Notes under the pieces: generated by a model
Databases searched by the model: none
What the model saw: only the letters and a program-made list of their open reading frames with translations
Told to the model about the DNA's origin: nothing
Made by a program: the position numbers and the translations under genes
NCBI GenBank assembly: GCA_025558095.1
Contig: JAIVFI010000020.1
Location: forward strand, 62,001 to 126,000
Origin: Hyaloraphidium curvatum SAG 235-1
Lineage: Eukaryota > Fungi > Monoblepharomycota
Reading direction: 5' to 3'
DNA: 64,000 nucleotides
In this document: positions 32,696-44,057 of the stretch, in pieces
Layout: the number at the start of each line of letters is the position of its first letter
How positions within the stretch are numbered: the stretch's first letter is position 1

Positions 32696-35600
32696 TCAAT
32701 CCTCGTCCACGAAAAGCAGGCGCTTCTTCCGCGCAGTCTGTGGAGGAACAACGGGCACTGATCAGCCCTGCGATCGCGGGAAAGAGCGCCGCTCCCACCT
32801 TGGTCTGCACGAGGTGCTCGTACACCTTCTCAAAGATGGTGTGCGTGTTCTTTTCCGGGTCGCCGTTGACGTAGGACCACGTTTCGCCCTGCAGCTCCCA
32901 GGCAAGGTGCTCGTCGTACAGGCAGGCGCGAACAATCTCGTCGAGGCGCGCCCGTTGCCGCGGCGAAGTAATGGGCACACTGAGGGAAGCGGTCAGCGAC
33001 AAGGCCGTCTTCATGCTCGGCTAGGAACCAACAGAATCTCGCACCGCCGCGAGATGTTGCGGTGCATCAGGTCCGCGCTGGCGATGTACACCTTGGTGTC
33101 CTCGCCGTCCCCGAACTTGTAGATGCGCGAGTGCTCGAGGTACTTGCCGATGATGCTCCGCACGCGGATGTTCTTGCTTAGCCCCTCGACGCCGGGCTTC
33201 AGGCAGCACACGCCGCGGACGACGATGTCGATCCAGCAGCCGGCCTGGCTGGCGCGGTACAGGGCTCCGATGATGCCAGGGTCCGTGATCGAGTTGCACT
33301 TGATGAAGATCTGGCCGTCATCGCCCTTGGCGGCCTGCTCCTCGATCAGCTCCATCAGCTTGTTGCGCATGAGCAGCGGGGCCACGATCAGCGAGTTGTA
33401 ATCCTGGAACCGCGAGTAGCCCGTGAGGTAGTTGAACAGGTCCACCGCGTCCTCGCCGATACGCTGGTCCGACGTGAAGAAGCTCAGGTCCTCGTAGATG
33501 CCCGCGGTCTTGCGGTTGTAGTTGCCCGTGGACGCGTGGACGTAGCGCTTGGTGCTCTTGCCCTCCTTCCGGATCACCAGCGTTATCTTGGCGTGCGTCT
33601 TGAGCCCCTCAACGCCGTAGACCTGACAGCCGCTCTGGTCAGACCCGGCGAAACGCGAGCACCACAGCTGGACACTCACGACGTGGACTCCAGCCTGCTC
33701 CAAGCGTCGGCTCCAGTTGACGTTGCTCATCTCGTTGAACCTCGCCTTGAGTTCGAGCAGGACGACCACCTGCTTGCCGCTTTCGGCCGCGCGGATCAGC
33801 GCCTGGATCAGAGGGTTCTCGCCGTCGCTGGTCCGGTACAGGGTCATCTTGATCGCCATGACGTGCGGGTCCAGGCTTGCCGATTCGACAAAGGCCTCGA
33901 CGCTGGCCGGGAAGGACTCGTAGGGGAGGTGGACCATGATGTCCCCCTTCTTGCTGAGGATGTCGAAGAAGCGGTGAGGGGCTGCCATGTGGTCGAAATC
34001 GAGGATTTTGGGGATGCGGGGAGCGTAGTTGGTGGATTTGAGGTGCGGGCGGTTGAGCTTCATGAGGGCCCAGAGGCAGGTCAGGTCCATGAGTCCCCAG
34101 TCGCTGGAGAGCAAGTCAGCTTCCACAGTCGCTGCACACCAGCGCAACGCCCACTTGATGTAGACGTCCTCGCGCTTGATCTTCATGCGGTTGGTGAGGA
34201 GTTGCGTCACCTTCTCCTGCTCGTCCGGCTCTTCCTCCTCGTCGTCGACATCCGCCTTCGACCGCCTCGACTTCTTGTGGAGCTCCGCGTCCTTGCTGTG
34301 CTTCTTCTTCTTCCTGTGTTGGTCCGGGAAGTCCAGCTCCAGCCGCACCGCCGGCTCGGCGCGCTTGTGCTTCTTGGTCTGAAGCTCGATCACCTCCCTC
34401 AGGTCGCCCTCGATGTCCCCGTACAGCCCCAGATCCGCGTGCCGCGTGAGCCGGAACACGCACCGGCCGATGATCTTCATGCCGCGGAAGAGTTCCTGGG
34501 CGTTGCCGTAGATGAGCTCCTCCATCGGGACGAGGACTACGGGTTGGTCGGGGCCGGCCTGCTTCGGGTCCAGGAGCTGCGTGAGGTTGATGAGGCGGGT
34601 GGAGGTGGGGACCTTGACGCGGGCAAACTTCTCTTGGGAGGTGACGGGGTCGAGGATGGAGAAGCCCTGGAGAGCGAAGTGTCTCAGCGATCGTCTCTGC
34701 GGACAGCGGTTCTCGGCCGCGGTCGCCAAACGTACGATGTTGAGGCTGAGGTTGCTGACGTAGGCGAAGGGGTGAGAGGAGTCGACGCTCAGAGGGGTCA
34801 GGGTGTCCATGACTTCGGTCTCAAAGTAGTCCTTCAAAGCAGCCTTTTCGGCGTTGTTGAGCTCGTCCCACTTCTTCAGCGTGACGTGCTCCCGAGCCAG
34901 CTCCTCCAAAAGCTCCTTGAAAATTTCAATCTGGTGGTTCACTATCGGCGGCAGCTTCTCGCGGATCCGCGCTAGCTGCTCGCTCGGGGTGAGGCTCTCT
35001 TGCGAGAGCAGGTGCGGGATGTCCCGCTCCATAGCGTTCAGCCGGCCGACGCGGACCTCAAAAAACTCGTCGAGATTCGACGAAAAGATGGCCAGGAACT
35101 TGAACTGCGGAGAATGGATCAGCGACGCCGAGCCGACGAGCGGCGGAGATGCCCACCCGCTCCAGAAGGGGCAAATCGGTCCGTTCCGCCATCGCCAGCA
35201 CGCGTTTGTTGAATTCTATCCAGCTCAGCTCCCGGTTGACGAGGTCCTTGGGGTCCGGCATCTCCCCGCGACGCTCGCTCAGCTTATCCGATATCTCGTC
35301 CGGATCGCCGGCGGCGTCCGCATCGGGGTCCAGGAGCGCACCGGGCAGGACAGGCAGCACGGTGGTCGCCTGCTGATCCTCGATGAGCATCTGCGTGAAC
35401 TCCTGCGCCGACAGCGAGGGCGTGATGCCCTCCGGCGGGAGCTCGGGGTCCGTCGGCACATAGGTGTTCGGCGACCGCGGGTCGGGATGCGGTTTGTCCC
35501 GCGACCATGTCCGCGTCTTCTCCAGGATCGGCGGCCGCCGCAGCGCCGCGGTCAGCGGCGATTCAGGGCGCTCGGCGTCGGAGTGGGAGTGGTTGGTTGC

Positions 35601-35708
35601 CGCCGAGTCGGGCGACACCCCGTTGGCGCCGTTGACGGCGTAGACGACCGTGCCGAGGTCGGCATCGGCCGTGTGGCGGCCGGACGTGTTTGCGTCCCCG
35701 GCCGACAT
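32696..35708 (-). CDS. ppk1: Polyphosphate kinase 1 (bacterial PPK1 type), intron-containing
   Basis: NRELSWIEFNKRVL, LER|FKFLAIFSSNLDEFFEVRVG, HPFAYVSNLSLN, HLPYESF, AIKMTLYRT, ELKARFNE, GLKTHAK, HASTGNYN, VRSIIGKYLEHSRIY, SADLMHRN. Introns 35105..35156, 34667..34735, 34104..34154, 33623..33679, 32980..33032, 32738..32798. Confidence 0.95.
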
Positions 35709-36042
35709 GTCCGCGGGGTCGTGCAGGGTGCCGAGAACTCAGAGCCTCGCGGGCGGCGCAGGCGCAGCACGATCTGTCCACGTGCCCTCCCGAGGCGGAG
35801 AACACACTAGGGCCCGCCCCGTTCAGCATTTCCCGCGAGCGTGGAGCGAAGCCAGCATCTGGATGAGCCGGAGTCGATGTTGATGACCCGCGATCGGTTT
35901 CCCGCTGGGGGAGTGATGACGTGGAGCTCCCTCCCAACATCCAAACACGCCTGGCTCAATCCCACTGGCCCGAGCGCATCGGGGTCTGACCGCGATTCGA
36001 GCGCTCGAAGCGTGGGCTCCATCAGACCTTGACTCACCAACA

Positions 36043-37797
36043 ATGGACGAGGCGCACACCGCCCTTCTGGTCGCCGCCGGGATCCTGCTGGTCTACTTCC
36101 TGCTGTCGCTGCTCCGGACGCGGGTCAATATTGTCCATGCGGAGGTCCCGGCACTGGTCCCGACGGGCAGGAACGGCAAGCTCGCGCCGCTCTCGGATCT
36201 CGTCAGCCCGGAGGCGTGCCCGGCACTCCATCGTTTCCGGCCGACGCCGTGGCTGCTTTCGGGCCACCTGCAGACCTATTACGCCTCGGGTTTCACCTAC
36301 CGCGACGAGGATCTCGTGCACTATGAGCGTGACACGATTAGGATGCCGGATGGCGGCACCGTGACGCAGGACTGGTCGCCGAGGATCCCGGCTACCCTGG
36401 AAGAGGCGGTCAAGCCCGTCGTCTTCATCACCCATGGTCTGACGGGCGGGAGCCACGAGTCCTATGTCATGTCATTGGTGCGATATGTCGTCGACGACCT
36501 CGACATGTTCGCGGTCGTTCAGAATTTCAGGGGATGCGCTGAAACGGAGCTCACGAGCCCCATTTGCTACAACGGCGGCTGGACAGGGGATCTCGCTCTC
36601 GGAATAGAGCACGCTCGGCGGAGGATCCTTGATGTCCGACGCCAGCACGGGAGCGATGAATCCGCAATCGTCATGGCCGGGGTCGGCTTTTCCCTGGGAG
36701 CCAATATCATGGCGAAGTTCGTGGGCGAGACGGGACCTGCGTGCCCGTTGACTTGTCACATATCCGTGGCCAACCCTGCGGACCTGCTGGCGGGATCGCG
36801 GCACCTGGAGAGCTCCTTCTTTCTGAAGAACGTCTACAGCCGAATCATGGGCGGCAACTTGATCACCATGCTGAAGCGCCACATCCACCATTTTCACGAG
36901 GCCCAGTACCCGTTCGTCGACCTCCCCCGCGTCGTCGCCAGCAAGAGCATCCTGGAGTTCGATGACCGCTTTACCGCTCCTTTGTTCGGCTTTGCTTCCG
37001 CTGCCGAATACTACCGCTACGCGAGCAGCGCCAACTTCGTCCACACCATCTCCATCCCCACCGTCTTTGTGCACGCGCTGGACGATCCTGTGGCGCCCAT
37101 GTCGAGCCTGCCGATCCTCGAGATCACCAAGAACCCGTATCTCTCCCTCGTCTGGACGCAGCACGGCGGGCATCTGGGCTTCTTCCGCGGACTGTTCCGG
37201 CCGCACAGGTGGTCGACGGACGCCGTCGCGCAGCTGCTGCACGTCTTGATTCCGCAGCAGCGTGGGCCCGGCGAGCTCGGCAGGGCACCTGGAGACACCG
37301 TGATTCCTGTGCAGGCTCGTTCGGCGTGGGAGAGGTCTCAAAGCCGAGAGAGGATGGGCTTGCCGAGCACGTACGGGGAGGCCGAACTCGCTGAGCTCAG
37401 AATCCGGGCTTCCCCTTGGAAAGAAGACTCGGCGCATGTCGTCATGGCGAGGGCGCGAAGCCCCACTTGGCTCCTGCCTTCGGAGGCCAACAGACGAGAG
37501 GTGTTGGCACCGTCGCCGATGCCGCCGCTCAGCGAGCGCTTCAAGGAGGACCTTGCGTTGGCGATCGTCGGTGCGAAAAAGCTGTCGTCAAAGTCGGGGC
37601 GGCCAGCAAATGCGGCTATTGCGGCCGTCGACGTTGCTCCTGTTCCTCTCAAGTCGGCCTCTTTGTTCCCGTTGGAGTCGGCGTCGAAACGGCGGAGGGA
37701 AGGGAGGCCTCCCAGCGCGGCGGAGATGGTGGGGACGACTCTGACTGTTTCCATGCTGGGCATCCTATTGTTCCACTTGCGCGAAGCCTTGAAGTGA
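36043..37797 (+). CDS. Alpha/beta hydrolase, ABHD1-3/YheT/Eht1-Eeb1 family
   Basis: SGHLQT, HGLTGGSHESY, NFRGCA, GFSLGAN, ALDDPV, TQHGGHLGFF. Confidence 0.92.
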   Translation: MDEAHTALLVAAGILLVYFLLSLLRTRVNIVHAEVPALVPTGRNGKLAPLSDLVSPEACPALHRFRPTPWLLSGHLQTYYASGFTYRDEDLVHYERDTIRMPDGGTVTQDWSPRIPATLEEAVKPVVFITHGLTGGSHESYVMSLVRYVVDDLDMFAVVQNFRGCAETELTSPICYNGGWTGDLALGIEHARRRILDVRRQHGSDESAIVMAGVGFSLGANIMAKFVGETGPACPLTCHISVANPADLLAGSRHLESSFFLKNVYSRIMGGNLITMLKRHIHHFHEAQYPFVDLPRVVASKSILEFDDRFTAPLFGFASAAEYYRYASSANFVHTISIPTVFVHALDDPVAPMSSLPILEITKNPYLSLVWTQHGGHLGFFRGLFRPHRWSTDAVAQLLHVLIPQQRGPGELGRAPGDTVIPVQARSAWERSQSRERMGLPSTYGEAELAELRIRASPWKEDSAHVVMARARSPTWLLPSEANRREVLAPSPMPPLSERFKEDLALAIVGAKKLSSKSGRPANAAIAAVDVAPVPLKSASLFPLESASKRRREGRPPSAAEMVGTTLTVSMLGILLFHLREALK

Positions 37798-37819
37798 TAG
37801 CCAATAACATCGGAGAGCT

Positions 37820-38966
37820 TCATAGATCGAACTTAATCCCCGTCCACTCCTCGCTCTTGTCCCAGAGTTGCCGCGCCATGTCCGCGTCCGCCGCCAGCTT
37901 CGGCTCCGGGTTCAGCACCGGGTAACCTCCCATCTTCGCCCAGCCGTCCGGCCCGATGAAGGCTTCCCGCGGGCAAGAAGGCTCCGTCGCGGCAAAGAGC
38001 GTGGGGAGAGCCCCCATTTCGGCAGACTGGCCGAATAGGTAGTTGGAGAAGCCGACCAGGTAGCTCATGATTCCGGTAGACATCTGCGGTCCGTTGTACT
38101 GCATCACAATAGTGTCGGCATTAGCAACGGCACCCCGAGACGGGGACGCGCTCGATCGGTACCTGGAGGTTGGTCGCGGTGTAGCCCGGATGTGCGGAAG
38201 CCACGAACAGCTTGGACTTGCCCCCCGCCGCGGCGTCCGCGCGGCGCTGGAGCTCGTGCGTGAAGAGCAGGTTCGCGAGCTTGGAAGCCGCGTACGCCGT
38301 CCAGGCGCCGTATCCCGTCTTCCAGTCGGGTAGGTTGTTGAAGTCCAGCTTCGAAGCCATGTTCGAGGCATAGCTGGACACGTTGACCACGCGCGGGGCG
38401 GGCGACTTCATGACGCGGTCAAAGACAAGCGAGGCCAGGGCAAAGTGACCGAGATGGTTGGTTCCGAACTGACAAAGCAGCAAACACTTCAGCGGGGGCC
38501 CTCTCTTTGGTCAAACGGCCGAGACGAACCTGCATCTCGAAACCGTCCTTTGTCAGAGTCCGCGTCGGAATGGCCATGACGCCTGCGTTGAGGCAGAGAA
38601 TGTCGACGACGTCCCACTCCTTCTTGACCGCTTCGGCAAAGGTTTTCACGCTCTCCAGGCTCGACAGGTCGAGCGGAGGCAGCCACTTCAGATCGGCGCC
38701 GGGAACGGACTCCTGGATCTTCTTCACGGCCTCTTCCGCCCTTTCGGGCGACCGACAGGCGAGCCAGACGGAGGCTCCCGCGCGGGCGAGCTCCAGAGCC
38801 GTCGGAAAGCCGATTCCTGGTCGCGATCTTTAGCCGACATCCTGGATTACGTTTGCCGGCAGCGGGGCCCACCAGAGTTAGCGCCGGTCACGATGGCCTT
38901 CTTCCCCTCCTGCGAGGGGATCTTTGACGCGTCCCACTTCTTCGGAATCGATGGAGACGCCGACAT
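37820..38966 (-). CDS. SDR, RDH12/WWOX-like oxidoreductase, multi-exon
   Basis: AIVTGANSG|IG, LDLSSLESVK, NAGVMA, QFGTNHLGHF, YAASKLAN, SAHPG. Confidence 0.9.
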
Positions 38967-39091
38967 TCTTCCCCCGCGATTCAGGATCGGTTTCGCGAGG
39001 AATGAAGTCAAGATTGAGAGGTTTCAGTTTCAGGGTGTTCCGCTACTCGTTCGAGGCCGACCGCCGCTCCGACGGGGCACGCGACACGGCC

Positions 39092-39928
39092 ATGGCGACC
39101 GCGACGGTGTCGCCCTCGCCGACAGGCACTTCTACTCCTACGGGGATTCCGTCGCCGACGCCCGCTCCCACGCCGTCGACGTGGCAGCAGTACCAGTCGC
39201 TGTTCTTTGCCCTTATCCTCGTGGTCCTCTTCCTCGCCTACCATGCGTACCTGCTCTACGTGCTCCGGGTCGCGCCGCACCGGACGGTCATGGGCGTCAC
39301 CAAGGCGACGCGAAAAATATGGGCTGCCGAGCTCATGATGCCCCCCAGCTCGCCGAGCAACCTGCAGCAGATCGTTGCGGTGCACACCCTGCGGAACATG
39401 AACATGTCCAACACCATGATGGCCTCGGCGTGCGTCGCCATCACGTTCGGCATGACGAGCTGGGTGTCGGCGCTCTCCAAGGCCTCGGCCGAGAGCATCA
39501 TCTCGTTCCTCGGCGGGAGCGGGAGCCTGGACGAGTACAAGATCGTGGCCATCATCTTCCTGTACATGGCTGCGTTCTTCTGCTTCACGCAGTCGGCGCG
39601 CTACCTGAATCACTTTGAGTTTCTCGTCACGCCACCGCTCAGCGAGCTGGACCTGGCGTACCTAAGCTGCGGCGACGATTCCGAGAGGAAGCTGGAGAAC
39701 ACCATGAGGAAGATCAGCTCGGTGAAGCCGAATCCCGTTTCGGCGGGGCGCATCTTGAACGTCGGGGGGGCATGGTACTCGGCCGGCCAGCGGTTCGTCT
39801 ACGCGACGTTCCCCGTAATCCTGTGGTTCTTTGGGGACATAGCGTTCCTTGTGAGCGGCTTGTGCCTTCTGCCGTTGATGTTCGTGTTGGATTTTGTCGA
39901 TATTGGACTTCACTTGAAGCAGAAATAA
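39092..39928 (+). CDS. DUF599 family membrane protein
   Basis: AYHAYL..PHRTVMG..RKIW, AVHTLRN..MMAS, FFCFTQSARYLNH, GQRFVYATFPVILWFFG. Confidence 0.85.
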   Translation: MATATVSPSPTGTSTPTGIPSPTPAPTPSTWQQYQSLFFALILVVLFLAYHAYLLYVLRVAPHRTVMGVTKATRKIWAAELMMPPSSPSNLQQIVAVHTLRNMNMSNTMMASACVAITFGMTSWVSALSKASAESIISFLGGSGSLDEYKIVAIIFLYMAAFFCFTQSARYLNHFEFLVTPPLSELDLAYLSCGDDSERKLENTMRKISSVKPNPVSAGRILNVGGAWYSAGQRFVYATFPVILWFFGDIAFLVSGLCLLPLMFVLDFVDIGLHLKQK

Positions 39929-40166
39929 AGTGTCATTGCTCGCAGTCGACCGCGGAACTCGAAGCCGGCGCGCGGGGCCCGCGGCGCGGCGTCAGCCCCG
40001 AACTCAGCGCAGGAGCCCGAGCCCCCGTCCTCTGCCTCATCGCCGGCTAGTTGCCGGCTCTTGTTGCCGCGCGCGCTCGGCTCCCCGCCCGGCCGACATC
40101 CCCGCCGCGTTTGCGGCCGGCCTCGCACGCTAGGGCCGCGGAGACCCCGCACCGCCGCCCGCCGCG

Positions 40167-43100
40167 ATGTCGTTCGGCGGCCGCGGCCGCGCCTCGGAGA
40201 CGGAGGAGCAGCTGGCGCAGAACGTGAAGAAGGCGCTGTCCCCGGAAGAGAGTGCGTCGGGCCGCGGCAGTCGACGTTCGGACCCGTCTGATCCCCTGGT
40301 CGCCGCCCCCACCTTCACCGCGCTGAAACGCGTCGGTAGCTGCTCCCAAGCAAAAGGTGATACAGTTGCTGACATTGCTGCTGAACGAGTGCTGACGGCG
40401 TCTCTATATGGAACGCTTGCTTGTTGTGCCACCGTGCTCCGACCCACGCTGCTTCTCCTGGCCCCTGGACCGCTGATGGACGCGCACAAAGCACGTGCGA
40501 GCGTGCATTCTGTTCACATGGGATTTCAAAAAGTCGGAGCCTTTCTGGGCCAACGTGCGAGGCAGCCCTGTGCTTGGGGACGAGATTCAGACGTGGAAGG
40601 CCCTGGTGCTGGTTCACAAGGTGCTACGCGGGGGACACCCTGTCGTGAGTTGATTATGGCGTTTCGCATTGTCATTGGCTGACCGCGCTCTCGCTCAGAC
40701 GCTGCGAGACGGAATCAACAACATGTCGTGGCTCGAAAACCTCGGCCGTTCCGTGGGCTCCGTGAACATGTCGGGCTCCGCCCAGCAGAAGGGCTACGGC
40801 CCCATCATCCGCTCCTACACCATGTTCCTCCTCGCCAAGCTGGATTACCACCGGCTCCACCCTGATTTCAACGCGACTTTCGACTACCAGGAGTACACTA
40901 GCCTTCGACGGGTCGAGGACCCCAACGAGGGGTGAGGTTCAGTATTTTCAATTCTGGAGATGTTTGCTGACTTAGCGGCCACAGCTATGAGACTATCGAT
41001 GATCTCATGAAGCTGTTGGACAAGTGCGATCAGCTCCAGCGGCAGATCTTCCAGTCCTTCCGCCCCGGGGTCAACAACGAGTGCCGTATCTCGGCTCTGG
41101 TGCCCCTGGTCGAGGAGAGCTTCGGCATCTACCAGTTCTGCAAGAGCATGCTGACTGCCATTCACCAACGTTCGTGCCCGTTGTCGGTCTATTCGAGAGA
41201 GCGCGATTCTGATCCAACGACTTGCCAGTGGTTTCGCCCGACGTGCTCGCCCCGCTTCGGGACAAGTTCGACATCGCCCACAAGCGCCTCTACGCCTTCT
41301 ACAACGAGGCCATGAACCTCCGCTACCTTACCTCCCTCATCACCGTCCCCAAGCTCAGCCCCTCCTCCCCCCAGTTCTACGACCCCCGCGCGCCCTCGCT
41401 GGGCCGCCGCCCGCCCGAGCCCGAACCGGAGCCGGAACCGCCGCGCGCCCGCGAACCGGCGCTCGTGGACATGTACGAGGAACAGGCGCACTCGGAGGAC
41501 CCGTGGATCTCGCGCGCGGCGTCGATGGAGGAGATGCAGCGGCAGCAGCAGATGGCCTGGGAGCAGCAGCAGGCCGCGCTGCAGCAGCAGGTGTGGCAGG
41601 AGCGGCAGGCGAGGGAGATGGCGGAGCAGGAGAAGTGGGCCCAGGTCGGCAGCCTGCAGTCGGAACTGGAGAGGTGGAGGATGCAGTCCGCCAGGGACCA
41701 GGAGACGATCGGGCAGTACGACCGGGTGAGTTCCTTTGAGCATTGTCGTTTGTCGACATTGACATTTCGTCTCCCTTCAGAGAATGCAGATGTTGGAGGC
41801 TCAGCTCGGTCAGCTTTCGCTCCAGAAGACCGAATCAGAATCGCGCGACGGCTACATCCGGTCGCTGGAGGAGCAGCTCGCCCAGCTGAAGCAAAAGTAC
41901 GAGGCCCTGGCCAAGCTCTACGCGCAGCTGCGCAAGGAGCACCTCGAGCTGCTCCAGAAGATCAAGGACCAGCGCGACGTGGACCGCCGGGTCGGCGAGG
42001 AAACCAAGCGCGAGGCCGACGCGGCGCGGACCGAGGCGCGATCCCGGGCGGCCGAGGCGGAGGAGGCCAAGAGGAGGGAGGCGCTGGCCTTGGCCGAGGT
42101 GGAGCGGCTCAAGGCCAGCCACGGCGAGGAGGTGCAGGCGCTGCGGAAGGACCTAGACAGCACCCACGCCCAACTGACGGAGCTGGGACGGAGCAAGGGC
42201 GACGAGATTGGAAAGGTCGTCGAGAAGTACGAGAACGAGCGGGCCGAGCTCGAGGATCTGAACAGGGTGTGTGGAATCCATGCTGGGCCGGAGATTGGCG
42301 CTGATGCGGTTTCGCAGACGAAGCAGCGTCAGATCGACGACCTCAGGCGGCAGCTTGACCAGGTCGACTCGGAGCTGTCGCGCTCGAAGCGCGGCAAGGA
42401 GGAAGAGGTGGCCGTGCTCCAGGTCGGAATGGACCAGACGCTGCAGGCGCTCGCGCAGCTCCAGAAGACGTCTCGCGAGACCGAGGCCAACCTGGTGAAG
42501 GAGCTGGACAAGCTCCAGGCGGAGCACGGGTCGCAAATCAACCGGATCGTCGGTGGGTCTTTTTTCCCGGCGCCGACCCCGCCTGCAGTGGCTCACCTTC
42601 CACGTCGAAGACGCCGTCCTCGACACCTGTATCCGCAAGGTGGACGACTCGGTCTACGAGCTCGAAAGCCCGAACCACCAGGGCAACCAGACTGCCACTC
42701 CCGAGTATGTGCTCTCTGTAGTGGAGAAAGCTGGACAGGCGTCCACGGACCTGGCAACGGCCTTTACGAAGCTCGTTCAGGTGCGTATTGTCTCGGAACT
42801 CAGTGTGAAGTGTCAGCTGACATCTCATTGGCGTCATCAAGGGCACTGGCGAGCAAACGGACGCGATCACTGCTGCGAACGAGTTTGCGCAGGAGGTTTC
42901 CCAGCTGCTCCACAATGCCAACGGCATCACCCGGCTCGCCGCCGCGGACGTTGTCGACAGTATCACGAGCTCGGCCCGCGCTGCCGCGGCTGCTTCGAAG
43001 GACTTTTTCGGCAAGGTCAAGTCGCGCAGCCTGGATAGCTTGCCCGCGGACAAGCGGACCGAGGCGATCACTAGCCAGGCAACCGCCTTTTCAACCCGGC

Positions 43101-43927
43101 TCGCGGCCTTCACCCGGATCGTCGAGTCCCTGGTCCCGAAGGACGTCTCCAAGATCACGTCCAACGCGGACGACATCGCCGACGCCGTGGAGCGCGAGAT
43201 GATGGCGGCTGCAAAGGCGATTGAGGATGCAGCAAACAGGATCGCGTCCCTGCTTCAGGCTCCGGTGGACCCCCGGCTGTCGGCCACGGACATGCAGGTC
43301 AACTCGGCCGTCCTGGAGTCGGCCATGGCCATCACGAACGCGGCGGCGAACCTCATTCGCTGCGCGACGGTCGCGCAGCAGGAGATCGTCGCCCACGGCC
43401 GCGGGAGCTCCACGCGGCAGGCCTTCTACCTCAAGAACAACCGCTGGACCGAGGGTCTCATCTCGGCGGCCAAGGCCGTCGCCCAAGCGACCTCGATCCT
43501 CGTCGAGGCCGCGGACGGCGTGGTCAAGGGCACCAAGAAGATGGAGGAGCTCGTGGTGGCGGCGACCGAAGTCTCGGCGGCGACGACCCAGCTCGTCGCC
43601 GCGTCGCGGGTCAAGTCGATGCCCATGTCCAAGACCCAGGACCGCCTCGAGTCGGCGGCCGTCGCCGTGCGCGACGCTACCAAGCTGCTCGTCAAGGCCG
43701 CCAAGGACGCGGCCATGCGCTCGGCCGAGGCCCGCGCCGTGGCCGAGGTGCGGGACATGAGCGCGTACGAGGTGAAAAAGGCAGAGATGGAGCAGCAGGT
43801 GCGGATCTTGGAGCTGGAAAAGGACCTCACCGCGGCGCGGCAGAAGCTCGCCGAGATGCGGCGGAAGCAGTACGAGGCGGCTGTTGCCGCCGGCGCGGTG
43901 CCGGACGGGGACACCAACGGGGCGTAG
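40167..43927 (+). CDS. SLA2: Endocytic adaptor Sla2/End4 (HIP1R): ANTH, coiled coil, I/LWEQ (THATCH) domain
   Basis: KKALSPEE|TAPKQK|HVRACI (17-nt microexon 40340..40356), NECRISALVPLVEESFGIYQF, KYEALAKLYAQLRKEH, FYLKNNRWTEGLISAAKAVA, EMEQQVRILELEK. Confidence 0.95.
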
Positions 43928-44057
43928 CGGGGTTTCTTGGTCGTCTTGGTTGCGATCTTTATTCCGGGTGCTTTGCGGAGAGTAATATACAGGTCGAACT
44001 TCCACTTCCGTGCCATCCACCGCCAATCCACCGACCAGGCGCCGCCGCGCGCAATAA

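Noticed and set aside
40357-40491. Longer SLA2 intron with several CTGA motifs as a possible C/D snoRNA host
   Set aside because: No good box C (RTGATGA) or terminal stem; CTGA also matches branch-site sequence.
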